Source: Callorhinchus milii (lineage: Eukaryota). From it: 64,000 bases of DNA. This document shows, piece by piece, positions 13,066 through 25,620 of the stretch (positions are counted from its first letter, which is position 1; each line of letters opens with the position of its first letter). The notes below the pieces were generated by a model that saw only the letters and a program-made list of their open reading frames with translations, did no database searches and was not told the origin of the DNA. The position numbers and the translations under genes were made by a program. The DNA lies in NCBI RefSeq assembly GCF_018977255.1, contig NW_024704743.1:81532001-81596000 (forward strand), written 5' to 3'.

Positions 13066-15928
13066 TCTTTGGTCATGAAAAGTGAGAAGATCTTTGAGAG
13101 GTGCATAAGATTTTAACTGGGTATAAGAAAGTAAACAACAACAAATGACATTTGTAAAGCGATGTGACATGATAAATACTGGTTCATTTTGCTTGCACAA
13201 ACTTCTGTGTTGTATCATCCAAATCTATATTTAGATCCTAATTGTTTTAATGAATACTTGACTAACTAGTGACTATTCTCCTTGGGTGGTGGTAGGGGGG
13301 GAGTTGGCGCATTAGTTGGCATTCCAAGATGGCATGCTTGGAATGGGAATGTCAGAGTCGAGTCAACCCTCTGCGGCAGTCCTCGTCGTCCAATTCCAGA
13401 GCCAAGAGAATCCGCAGGACTCCAGGGTGGCGGGAAAGCTAGCCAGACACTGCTTTGCAGTTTTAGCTGATTAAACACCGGAGATATCCCAATGCAGACC
13501 CTGGTCCCCAAGGGTTGGATCTTGCCAATCTACTCTTGTATGTTCTGGAATTAGGTAAGCAGGGTGTGTACTCTAGGGAGGGAGTGCATATTCCATTCCA
13601 GTAACAGAAGTTTCCATGTGTAGTTGCACGGATGGAACCTTCAGTTTGTTTTGTTCACTTTTAAGCATAGTGATGGGATTTCTGCATGGGTCAAATGTCC
13701 ATCTGACCAAATAAAAGGGTAATCTTGCCAAATGTATTTTCAGATTGAACCACAAACTACAAACACTGTCACCAATATCCAGTCAATGTGTGTGGTATTG
13801 TCCTCAATCTAATAGGACACAAAATGTTCCAATGGAACTCCAACTTTTCTTTGTAGCCTCTTGTACCTGAAAGAAACTTTTAGTTGAAGTGCAAAAGGAT
13901 ATGGCAAAAGGAAGGGGCTTTGGGATTAACATATCTGCCAAGATTCAATAAACTGGTGGATCAGGCTTGATGGACTGATTGGCCTCCTGTTTTCCTGTTT
14001 CCTTATGTAAGGGTCGCATGAGCAGAACAGGCACAGAAAGCCAACTGCTACAGGTCCATGGCAACAGCAATTATTTTTATAATCCATGTTACTAACCCAA
14101 TAAACTGGCTTTATTTATTAATTAAAGTGATTTACAAAACAAGGATTGTTGTTTGATTTGCTGACAAGGCTTCTGCTCAACTGAGGCAGCAACAGAGACT
14201 GTAAGCCAAGCTAGCATACTTTAGCAAGATCACTGCACGCAGTCAGTCCACGATGATTGGACCCCATTCCAGTTTAATGTAGCAGGGAGCGCTGCATATT
14301 CCCACTCTAGCCCAACAACAGCATCAAATTACACTTGTATAACGCCCTTCACGTCAGAAAGACGTGCCAGGGTGGTGTAATGTCAATTGTGTCTTGGCTT
14401 AGGTCCCATCCATAACTCTCAACTTTGTCATGAGAGTTTAAAGTCTATTGTTGTTTTCCCCCATCCTGTTAAAAAGAATGAAAACATATCATTGTCCTAT
14501 ATACGTAAAAATGCATACAAACTTGTGCATATGTATGAAATCAGCTCTCTCCCAGATATTACTTTGTAGTCAGGGAAATAATGGGAAGTACAGATAGTCT
14601 TTTATAGAAAACTCATCAGATGTAGCTTTATACTGTGATTGTTCAATTAAAACTAAAATGCTTAAGAGAGGAAGAGACTTTTATAGCACAAAGTTACCCT
14701 TTGATAGCAGCCATTTTTTGCACTGCAATGCTCCACTTAATCGCCATGAGGTATAGGATCAATTTTATTTGGATTGCTGGCCAGGACACTGGGTGAAACC
14801 CGTCTTTTTGAAAAGTGTTGTGGGATCATTGAAGTCCATCTGAAGAACAGAAGTCAGCGACTTATACTGGCATACAATTCTATCTATGTTAGCTGCCCCT
14901 CGGGTACCTTGCTTATATGACCATTCTTCATGTGTTTGCCTGGATAATGTCACTTCACTGGTATTACTAGTTTTAGTTCATTCCTGAGAACGATCAAATA
15001 GTCAGCCTGAACCAACACTATTATTAGTTTTTAAATACCTGACTTTAAGTGCACTAATCTACCTCCTGACCCCCACCCTCTGTACATTTCTTAAAGTATG
15101 CAAAAAATAAATGCTACTTGTAATTGACGAAGCTTAGCTGAAATGGACATGTGTAAAATACAATAAAATTTATATTCATATAGCACCTTTCATGTCGGGA
15201 TGACGTCTTAGAATATTTAACACAGTTGACTGGGACGCTGAACTGGGGGTTGGGGGGAGGGCCGAGCTTAATATGTTAATGTACACTAACTTTCAAAATT
15301 GCTCAGACAGGAAAGTACCTTTGATGCAAAATACTCTCCTCCCTTGTAGTTTATTACAAACATTCAACTCTATTTGTCTCGTTTAAGCAAATGAGTAAAT
15401 ATAAAATTACAAGATCACAAGAGAGGTTCAAATGAAGAAGACCCTTCAGACCATCTGATCCTGGCCTCATCTACCCTTCCTGGTAATGCATTTGGGAAGC
15501 CTCAATGCCATTCTAAGTGGGCAGCACAAAAATGTCCTTGATTCACAGATAAACTGACAACTTAATTCAAGGGGGCTGCAGGAGGAAAATCACAACCGCC
15601 GAGTAGATGACAGGTTCCACAGACAAGAGCGCAGGGATGTTTTGGGGAGAGAACAAAGGATAGCTTTGGTCTGCATCTAACTGCACTGTACCTGACAGGA
15701 AAATGGTTGATACTAAAACTGGGTTTTCTGAAATGGGAATATTCTATTCCAGCACTTTGACATGTGTGAAGTGCTTGCTCAAAATACACAATTTTAAAAA
15801 AATGCAAGTCAGTTCTTGTACCTATGAAACAAAATCCCTCCTTTCTTTACCCGTATACAGAAGATAATGCCGAATTAGCCTTAAGAGCCGGAGGAAAGTT
15901 GCTCAGATTTTGTCCACAAATATACAGT

Positions 15929-16238
15929 TAATAATAATCCTTTCATTTGATACAGCACTTTTCACATTTTCTAGACGTCTCAAAGCGCTTTACAGAATAG
16001 ACTGTAAAGTGAATTGACTGTATATTTGTGGGCGAAATGCGGCAGCCAATTGAACACAGTATGTCCCACAAATAGGCATGGATTGAAGTGATCAATTTAT
16101 TATTGTTTTTTTTTCTTGAGGGATTATTATCAGGTGTGTGGAGTAAGGAAACTTGCCCAAGATTTCATCCTGCCGGGAATTGAAACCAGGTCTCTCACTT
16201 GCAAAGTGAGTGCTCTAACCACTGAACTATAGGACTCC
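15929..16238 (-). mobile_element. Full-length tRNA-Ala-headed SINE (about 310 bp)
   Basis: Head GGAGTCCTATAGTTCAGTGGTTAGAGCACTCACTTTGCAAG... with A and B boxes and TGC at the anticodon position; tail CAAATGAAAGGATTATTATT; closely similar to three other copies. Confidence 0.88.
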
Positions 16239-19200
16239 ACGAGCTACAGTAATTCACTTTACAGTCTATTCTGTGAAGCACTTTGAGACGTCTAGAAGAA
16301 GCGCTGTATCAAATGCAAGGATTATTATTATTATGTGTGCTTTCTGTACTTGCAAGATCTCACTAAATTATTTTATGCTTCATTCGGTTTTGCTACCTTC
16401 CTTGCTGTTCAGAAAACAGATACAGCCAAAGATACAGCTAAGTTGAGTGAACTTTGCAGTTGCGTTTCCCTCTGATGACTGACAAAGGAATATTGACAAC
16501 CCTTACATCTGATAACAGTGTCTAACCATATCAAAGCGCTACACAGGTAATTGCTGCAAAGTAGTGATTGTGTAATTCTAGACAAATGTAACAGACACTT
16601 TGCACAGTGGAGGATCCTTCAAACTGCTATCAGATGAATGATCAACATTTCTGGAGGATTTTTGTTCTTGACCCTTCTCTTTTTAAAAAGTGTCATGGTA
16701 ACTTTAATGTCACCAAATTGACATTACAGATTTTTTTGGTGGGTATGGTGGAGAAGATGCCTGTTATATCTTTAACAGACAACTGTATTTATTGGGTGAT
16801 TTGATTTGGTTGTGTGTCATTTCTTGTGTCAGCAACATCTACCAGGACCATGCTGACGATGGGGACATTGCAAACTGTTCATGCATGCCGCCCACAAATA
16901 AAGGATTACTGAATGTAATCCAGAAATAATTTGTAGCTCAGCACTAGAATATAATATGGCCAGGAACTACTTTAACCATTCATGCTGGATTTATTCCCCA
17001 GGACAATGGGTTTCCAAACAGGCAAGATCGAAACGAAGAACAGCTATTCTAATAATTTGCTGTGTGATGGACCCTTTACAGTAAGATATCAGCTTTGGAT
17101 AGGGTAAAGTTTATAATGTTTAAATCATGCCTTGTGTGACTTTACCCTGATGTAATGACCACTGGGTGGTAGCACACACTGTTACTCTTCCTGGGGTGGT
17201 ATTAGTACAAACCAATTTTGTCCTCCAGAATGGAACAATCTTACAATATACTGTAGATTAAGCTCAAGTACTCAATAGATGCTCTGGGTTTAAGAATTTA
17301 CAGGACAAACATACATTAACAACAAAAATGGCAACAACATCAACAATAACAACTTGCATTTGTCTAGTGCCTCTCATGCAGGGTGGCGTCCCAGAGTGCT
17401 TGACAGTGATCTGAAGTGGTAGAGATCACTCACAGGAAAAGATGTGGTGGTGTAAAGTAACAGATTAAATGCTTTAAACATCATACACATCCCTATAGTA
17501 TGAAAATAGCACAGCCTTTACCAATGGACTCAAACCTCACGGGTTCTCCCATTACATTATCTGGATTTATTGTATCATTGATGCAAGTTATTGAACAAAC
17601 TGCAAATTACACAGGAGAAACAAAGGAAAATAATATGCCAATTATGCACCATAAAACTGTCAACTGTGAAAGAACTCATAATATCATAAACCCTAGATTC
17701 GATAATAACTGTGCAATCATCCCAGAGTAGCTGTTACTAATATGGATTGTGATGTTTGCAGGGGAAGTTATTGACTGTGAGGACATGATCATTTTTTGCA
17801 CAAATTTCTAAATGTATCTGTACCTGAAAGAAAAAAATACTTGCATATTTGTAAGTATTTTTCACATTCTTATCACGTTCAAACATCTCACATGGAATTT
17901 ATTGGGAAGTCTAGTAATTGTTTTGAAGTCAGACACAACAACCATTTGCAACAGCAAGATTCTACAAGTGGTCATGAGGTGAATGGTCAATTAATCTTAA
18001 GTATTGTTGGCTAGGACAGTGGGAAAAAGTATCTTCTCAGACTGAATTGTCCCCTGTCACAGGATCTTTGATACCCACCCTAATGCATTGACTGAACCTT
18101 GAATCAACAACTTAACTTAAAGTTATCACCTCCGTCAATATCGTACTCCCCTTATCTCAGCTAACACTGGCCAATCATTCAAAATACTACACACTCATCC
18201 ACAACTCTGGTGGTGATGGTGGGGAGGAAGCAAATGAGTGACTCAATCACATGATTCAGTGAGAATGTAAGAGAAAACAAACACTGTGAGTGCAGAATAA
18301 ACACCACATTCTTCACCTTTTAATGCAACAAGTTAACAGAAGGTCTTTCCTGTTTACAGGGAAGGCACTTTCACTGAGACACAACATTCCTGCTGTGCAC
18401 CCTGAAATTTGTCCTACCAACAAACCTCCAAGAATCCACAAAGCGGTCACAATTCCCAGCAGATGTTACGAAACTCAGCAATACTGTGTTTAGTCACTTC
18501 GCAAAGGTCAAAAAAGTTCGCTCAAACTTAAAAATCCCCCCTTTCTCCGGTTCAAGAATTTCCATGCTCAGATGTTGATGTGCTTTAAACCAGGTAATCT
18601 TTTTTGAAAACAATCTTCAAACAGCTGCTCCCATTCCCATCTTTTGTGAAGGTCACAATATCATTTTTTAACTCAAACGCTGGCACTTTCACCTGTTTGT
18701 TATCTGTTGCAAAGCAAAGCAACTTGGTGAAACGCAAGCATTTGAACTCTGGCCTGCCATGTGAGGCAAGGGCATTTGTACCATATTAGCCATAACAAAT
18801 AAGCTGGGGTAGGCTGAGTCTGTGCACGGACATTGACTGGCTTCATTGCTTCAGAATCAGCTACTGGAACGCCCAACCACTGTGTGAATGAGCTGGTTCA
18901 CTGGCCTTTTTCCAAATGCAGATTGTCCTTTTTTGAGTGCACAATCATATGGTGGGCAACAGAACGAAGGAGCTGATGGTATCAGAGTTCGGAATTAAAA
19001 GAGCAATAGCATTTGGAATTTCTGTCTTGCAAGAGATATATTGTGTTAAACCGCTCTCTTTCCAATATATAAACCAACAAAATTAACAGCAAACCTGAAG
19101 TAAAAACTTCAGATCATTTCCTTGCTTTTGCATTGCCTGCCCCTTATATATAGTTAGAGCTTGTTTTAATGTGGTCTTTAAAATCAACTACGAGTGAAAT

Positions 19201-22200
19201 TGTAATGGAATTACATGACATATTGGATCTATTTACATCCAGGAGTGATTAATTCACAAGCAACTGATCTGTCATCCACATTTACATTCGTGACCCCTGA
19301 CTCACGGGGTACAAACCCGTGACTGTCCAACGCCTTGGGATGTCTTCCCAACGTGAAAGGCGCTATAAAAATGTAAATTATTGTTGTGATTTCAGAAAAC
19401 CGGCACTTCTCCTTGTGCTACCTTTATACAGTGCAAACCTGTTATAAATCTGAGTTTGCTTCCTGGGCCCCAACATCAATTTACCCCAAAATATCCAAAA
19501 TTCATCACATGAGTGCAGTAACGTGAAACACAGAGAAACCAACATGGCTGAGTGCTAAGTCATCAGGTCACTGCCGATGTCACTTCCTGCGTGCTGTGCA
19601 CCAACTGACATTTCGTCTTTCTGCACGCGGGAGCTGTAAATACAGGTATGTAACTTCCCGTCTCCACCACCAATAAAAGATCAAAGCGGCAACCCAATAG
19701 AACCCAAAGGTTGGCTTTGGGACCATCCTTTGTGATGAAGTGAGGAGAAGGGGAGAGAAATCACACATGCAGCCAGTCAATAGATTATGTGCTAATTATC
19801 ATATCACATGTCACAATTCTCATTCTCAACTGATTCAGCACATGGAGCGGGACTCTATGTGTACTTGGATCCAATTAAAAGTTGCACAGTTTTAAGAATA
19901 AAAGCAACAGTAAAAAATCAGGATCGGATGAGGTGCTTCGTTCGTGTGCAGAAAACACCAGGGAAGATTTGACAGACTGAATGTGCTGTACCATTCTATC
20001 ACTCTATGACTCAGTCTCGATCAGCAATTATTTTCTGTTTTTGTATCCATGCTTAAAATATCTTTAAACAGAGGGTTGGTAGGACGTGGAGTGCCCTACC
20101 TGGAACCGCAGATCCAGAAAATATCCATATTAGCTTTCAAGAGGGAATTAGATAAATACCTGAAAAGGAGCCAGGCTCAGTTAACAGGCACTCCTTTGCT
20201 AGGGTTTGCTGCACATCCCCACCCCCTCCACACACCCCTCAGTTGCTGAGCTCTCAGATTTTACACCTCTAACTCCTGGTCTCTCTTCCTCTACCCCTTC
20301 GTTTCACCCCTCTCCATTCAACTTGAAGTCCTGCCTTAAAAGGCACCTTTTCGATCACACCAAATGGCGAACTCTACCTCTCCCTGTTTAACATCTGACT
20401 CCTCCGCTGTCAAGTGTTCTGGAATGCTACCCTGTGTGAGTGGCGCTATATAAACGCAAATTTTTGTTGTTGTTGACTCCATCTTTGTACAGTGCTCCTA
20501 TGCGAAAAGTGCTGAATAAATAAATACAAGTTGTTGTTTCTACTCAATGTTAGTCTAATATTTTGCAGATAGCCTAACACATACAAGATGATTATGATTT
20601 GAAAGGTGACTAGTTTTTTTTGTGGAATGTAAAGCAGATTTTAAATTTACCTCGCTATTATTTTATGAAAGCAACCGGATGTGCCTTATGCTACAATATC
20701 TTTTAGATCCCTACACTATGCAGCCATTTGGCTCCATTCAGCTCCCTCTCAACTACTAAATTCACAATCCTGCCAGACATGCAGTGCTGGCCACAAACCC
20801 ACATCCAGTCACTTGGTCACTGCAATGTGCCGTGCCTCAGTGGTGCCACGTATCCTACATTTTTTAATGCTGTGCCAGATGAAAAGGTTACTGTGCCCTT
20901 ACAACTTTTATGACATCAATATGCCAATGAAATGCTCGCTATTCAAGCATTTATGAACAAAAGAACACCAGTTTAAAACTAGAAAACACCAACAAGAACA
21001 ATTTATATAGTGCCTCTCGTGCAGGGTAGAGTCTCAAAGTGCTTAAAGACTATTGGACCCATTCAATTCTCTCCCTCCAGCCAACAATCTCCCAGATAAA
21101 ATCGGCCATTCCTTTCATGATTGTTTGTGGCATTCTGTGGGATATTTCTGTGTTTCTATAAATACATCATATATAGTGAAAACTTATGAAATGTTTGAGG
21201 CGTCTCCATAATGTAATAAGATGCTGCATCAAATGCAAGTATTATTATTATTATAATTATTACAGCCTACCCTAAACTGAACAACACCCCACTTACTCTA
21301 AATCCTGAGAGAAATTGTAGCGTAGACACTCTGTGGTTCCCAAAGCTTATAAAATAAAAACTCCAGGATTTTTTCTACTATTTGTTTGACAAAAGCAGTC
21401 GGAGCATGGGGCCATTTATAGCATAGGTGCACATGGTCTGGATTCCAATGCATAGCTCTCAGCCACAGAAGGACCCCGGTGTCCCAAGCTACTGCTGGAA
21501 ACACTCGTAAGAATGATAGCTGGCTTGCTGCATGCTGCTCACATGTGCATTATGGTTCGGTGAAGTCATGGGCAACACGCCAATCCAGAGGTCTCTGGCT
21601 GGCAAACGTTTTATAGAGCAATTCAATAAATATGGGGTCTGATTCAATGGACCCATACTACAGGACCATGTTATAACAGGATCTAACTATATATCTTCCT
21701 CTTGCCAAACAGAACTTTGCAGAAACCATTTTGTCCCTTGGAGTATTTGTTTGCGTTATTCTGCACCGATTATTATATCCTCTTAATATTCAACCAAAAC
21801 CTTAAGAATTCACAGGAGCATGATCAAGGCAGCAGATTTAACTTGTAGTTTTTTGTTCAGATGCTTGTTAAACATTTTCAGTTTCCTTTCATTTCAGAAT
21901 TTTAGCATTGCCTTTGTTTTCTTTCTTGCTGTACTGAAGGTTTTCCGAACATCTTTTGGTGAAGACAACTCCCATTTAACACATATTCACGAAGTCTGAA
22001 GAGCTTCCAGCAACTTGTCTCAAAGTACTGTGAGAGGAACTGTGATCAGCCTCTCTTTTGTGGCTTTGCAGTATCAGCTTGTCTCACTTCCAGGCATTAA
22101 AAAAACCCAATAATAAATTGGTGTGAGACATTGCAGTGCGCAATTGCCTGCCGCATTTCACTCACAAAGTACACAGTTAATACACTTTACAGTATATTCT

Positions 22201-22529
22201 GTGAACCACTTTGAGATATCTAGAAGGCGTGAAAAGCACTATATCAAATACAAGGATTATTATCATTATTATTAAATCACAAGGTCATATGTTTGTGTGC
22301 AAATTTGTGAACTTGAGTTTAGCATCTAGCCTGACGTTTCAATTCAGTGCTGGAGTAGTGCTGCATGGTTTAAGGTGTAGAGTTTAACTGGATGAGATGT
22401 TCAACTGAGGTCCAAAATGCCTGCTGTTCAGATCAATGTCAAAGATCCCATTGAAGGTATGTTTTTCTTAAGAACAGCACTCATTTAAAAATGCATTCAC
22501 AAAATCTTAAGAACTTCCAGGATTGAGGG

Positions 22530-24306
22530 CAATCACTCAGCTACCTCTGCCCTTCCGACTACTAACCCCGCCCATCTCCCCCTTATACCCCGGCCCCTAA
22601 ACATCCCTCTCTCCATACCTTCGAACCTGTCTCCCACTCCTCTCTCACCACCACTGTAACCTATATGAAATCGACCACCTGCTCCCTTGACCCCATCCCT
22701 ACCCCTCTCCTTACCTCCCAGCTCCACCTCCTTGCCCCCTCTACACACAGACATCAAAAAACCTCTCCCTGTCCACCGGCATCATTCCCACCCCTTCAAA
22801 AAAAATTGTCATCACTCCTCTCCTTAAAAAACCCTCCCTGATCCCATCCCTGCTCTCAAATTACTGCTATATCTCCAACTTCCCTTTCCTTTCCAAGGTC
22901 CTGGAACAAGTCCTTGCTACCCAGCTTCACTCCTTCCTCTGCTGCCACTTCACAAACCCTTCCAATTGAGTTTCCATGCCGTCCACAGCCAGAAACAGCC
23001 CTGGTCAAAGTGACAAATGATATTTTGTCCATCTGCGACCAGGGCTCCCTCTGCGTCCTCATCCTCCTTGACCTCTCTGCTGCCTTTGATACTGTTGACC
23101 ACTCATCCTCCTCCATTTCCTTTCCACTCACCTCAACCTTCGTAGTTCTGTCCTTGACTGGTTCAGGTCCTACCTCTCACACCATCTCCACTTCATCTCC
23201 ACAAATCGATTCTCCTCTAGCCCCTGCACTGTCTTGTGTGGCGTTCCTCAGGGCTCTGTCCTTGGTCCCCTCCTCTTCAATATCTATACGCTCCCTCTTG
23301 GTGACATCATCCGCAGACATGGGGTCAACTTCTATATGTATGCGGATGACATCCAACTGTACCTCTCTGCCTCCACCCTCGACTCCACGACCACTGCTCT
23401 CCTGACAGAATGTCTGTCAGACATCAAGTCCTGGATGAGAGCTAACTTTCTACAATAGAACATCAACAAGACCAAGACCCTCCTTGTTGGCTCCCGTCAG
23501 CACCTCCATGCCTAAGGTGCTGACAACATCACCATCCAAGGATGCACACTCCACCTCACTGAGTCAGTCCACAATCTTGCGTCTTGTTTCACCCTCAACT
23601 ATCCTTTCTACCCCACATCTGTGCCATGACATGCTCTGCCTTCCCCACCTCTGCAACATCGCTCGGCTCTGCCATTGTCTCACACTGCAGGCTGCTGAGA
23701 CCCTCATACATGCATTCAGAACAACCAGGCTCGACTATGCAAACTCCCTGCTTGTCAGCCTCCCTAACTCTCCGATGATACAGATCATCCAGAACTCTGC
23801 AGCCTGTGTCCTATTTTGCACCAGGCTCCATGACCCTATCACCCCCATCCTCGCCTGACTCCATTGGCTTCCCTCACACAGAGTATACAGTTCAAGATCC
23901 TGGTCTTCACCTTCAAAGCCCTCCTTAACCTTGCTCCCCCCTACCTCTGTGACATCCTAAACCCCTACCAACCTGCCTGCTCCCTCCGCTCAGCGGGATC
24001 AGGTCTACTTCCTGCCTCTCCCGCCCCACCACTGGCGGGCGGGCCTTCAGCCATTCTGCCCCCACCCTCTGGAACTCCATCTCGCAGTCTCTCCACCTCG
24101 CCTCCTCCCTTGCCTCCTTCAAGACCCGTCTCAAGACACTCCTCTTCGACCGTGTCTTCAGTCACCTTCTTTCCACCCCTACCCTCCACCCTTCACACTC
24201 CCCGATCCCAACCCCAAGCTTGGGTCCAAAACACTGACTGTTCAGCACTTTTGGACATCCTCCCGATGTGAAAGGCACAATACAAAGGTAATTTTGTTGT
24301 TGTTGT
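22530..24306 (+). mobile_element. 5'-truncated L2 LINE with frameshifted reverse transcriptase
   Basis: ORF pieces [12 protein letters not shown]...[31 protein letters not shown]...[23 protein letters not shown]; (TTG)n tail. Confidence 0.93.
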
Positions 24307-24519
24307 TAACTCCAAAATGCTCCAGTCTTACAAACAACAACAAGAAAATTACATTTGTAAAGCGTCTTTTATATCGAGAGGACCTCCCAAGGTGCTGATC
24401 AGTCAGGGATTGGGATCCCAACCCCCAGTTTACAAAGAATGGGCATCAACCTTCTCTGCCTGAGCAACATTAATCTCAGATTGAAATCATTATTGTAAAT
24501 GTCTCAAACATTTTTTTTT

Positions 24520-25620
24520 GAAGTAACGGAGAGGGTGGATGAAGGTGGTGCAGTTGATGTAGTATATATGGATTTTCAAAAGGCATTTGATAAAGTGCCA
24601 CATAAGAGACTTGTAAGCAAAATAGAAGTCCACGGTATTAAAGGGACAGTGGCAGCATGGATACAGAACTGACTGGGGGACAGAAAGCAGAGAATGGTGG
24701 TGAACGGTTGTTTTTCTGACTGGAGAGAAGTGTGCAGTGGTATCCTTCAGGGGTCAGTTTTGGGACCACTGCTGTTTTTGATCTGTATAAATCTGGATTT
24801 GGGTATAGGGAGTACAATTTCCAAGTTTGCGGATGATACTAAGCTGGAAAAGTAGTAAACAGTGAGGAGGATAGTAGCAGACTGCAATGGACGTAGGCAG
24901 ACTGGTAAAATGGGCAGACCTGTGGCAGATGAAGTTTAATGTGGAGAAATGCGAAGTGATACATTTGGGAGGAAGAATAAGGAGAAACAATATAAGCTGA
25001 TGGTACATTCTTAAAGGGGGTGATGGCACAGAGAGACCTGGGGTTTCATATAAGTAAAACTTTGAAGGTGGCAGGACATGTAGATAAAGCTGTTTAAAAA
25101 GCATACAGGATACTAGGCTTTATAAATAGGGGCATAGGATACAAAAGTCAGGAAGTTATGATGAACCTTTATAAAACACTGGTTAGGCCACAGCTAGAGT
25201 ACTGTGTTCAGTTCTGGTCATCGCACTTTAGGAAAGATGTCAAGGCATTGGAGAGGGTGCAAAGGAGATTTACCAGGATGGTAGCAGGAATGAGGGACTT
25301 CAGTTATCAGGTGATGCTAGAGAAGCTAGGATTATTCTCCTTGGAGCGGAGAAGGTTAAGAGGAGAATTAATAGAAGTTTTCAAAATTCAAATCGATAAC
25401 AATTTTTAAGAGAGAGATAGATATATTTGGGGAGGACAAGTTTGCAGGGCTCTGGGGAGAGCGCGGGGGAGTAGGATTGAATTGGAAGAATGAGGAGAAA
25501 CAATATAAGTTGATGGTACATTCTTAAAGGGGGTGATGGCACAGAGAGAAGAATGGGCTGAAGGAGGCAATTCGACACGATGGGTCGAATTGCCTCCTTC
25601 TGTGCTGTATGATGCTATGA
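24520..25620 (+). mobile_element. 5'-truncated, rearranged CR1 LINE
   Basis: [31 protein letters not shown] and LYKTLVRPQLEYCVQFWS...LERRRLRG motifs; stops and deletions. Confidence 0.92.
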
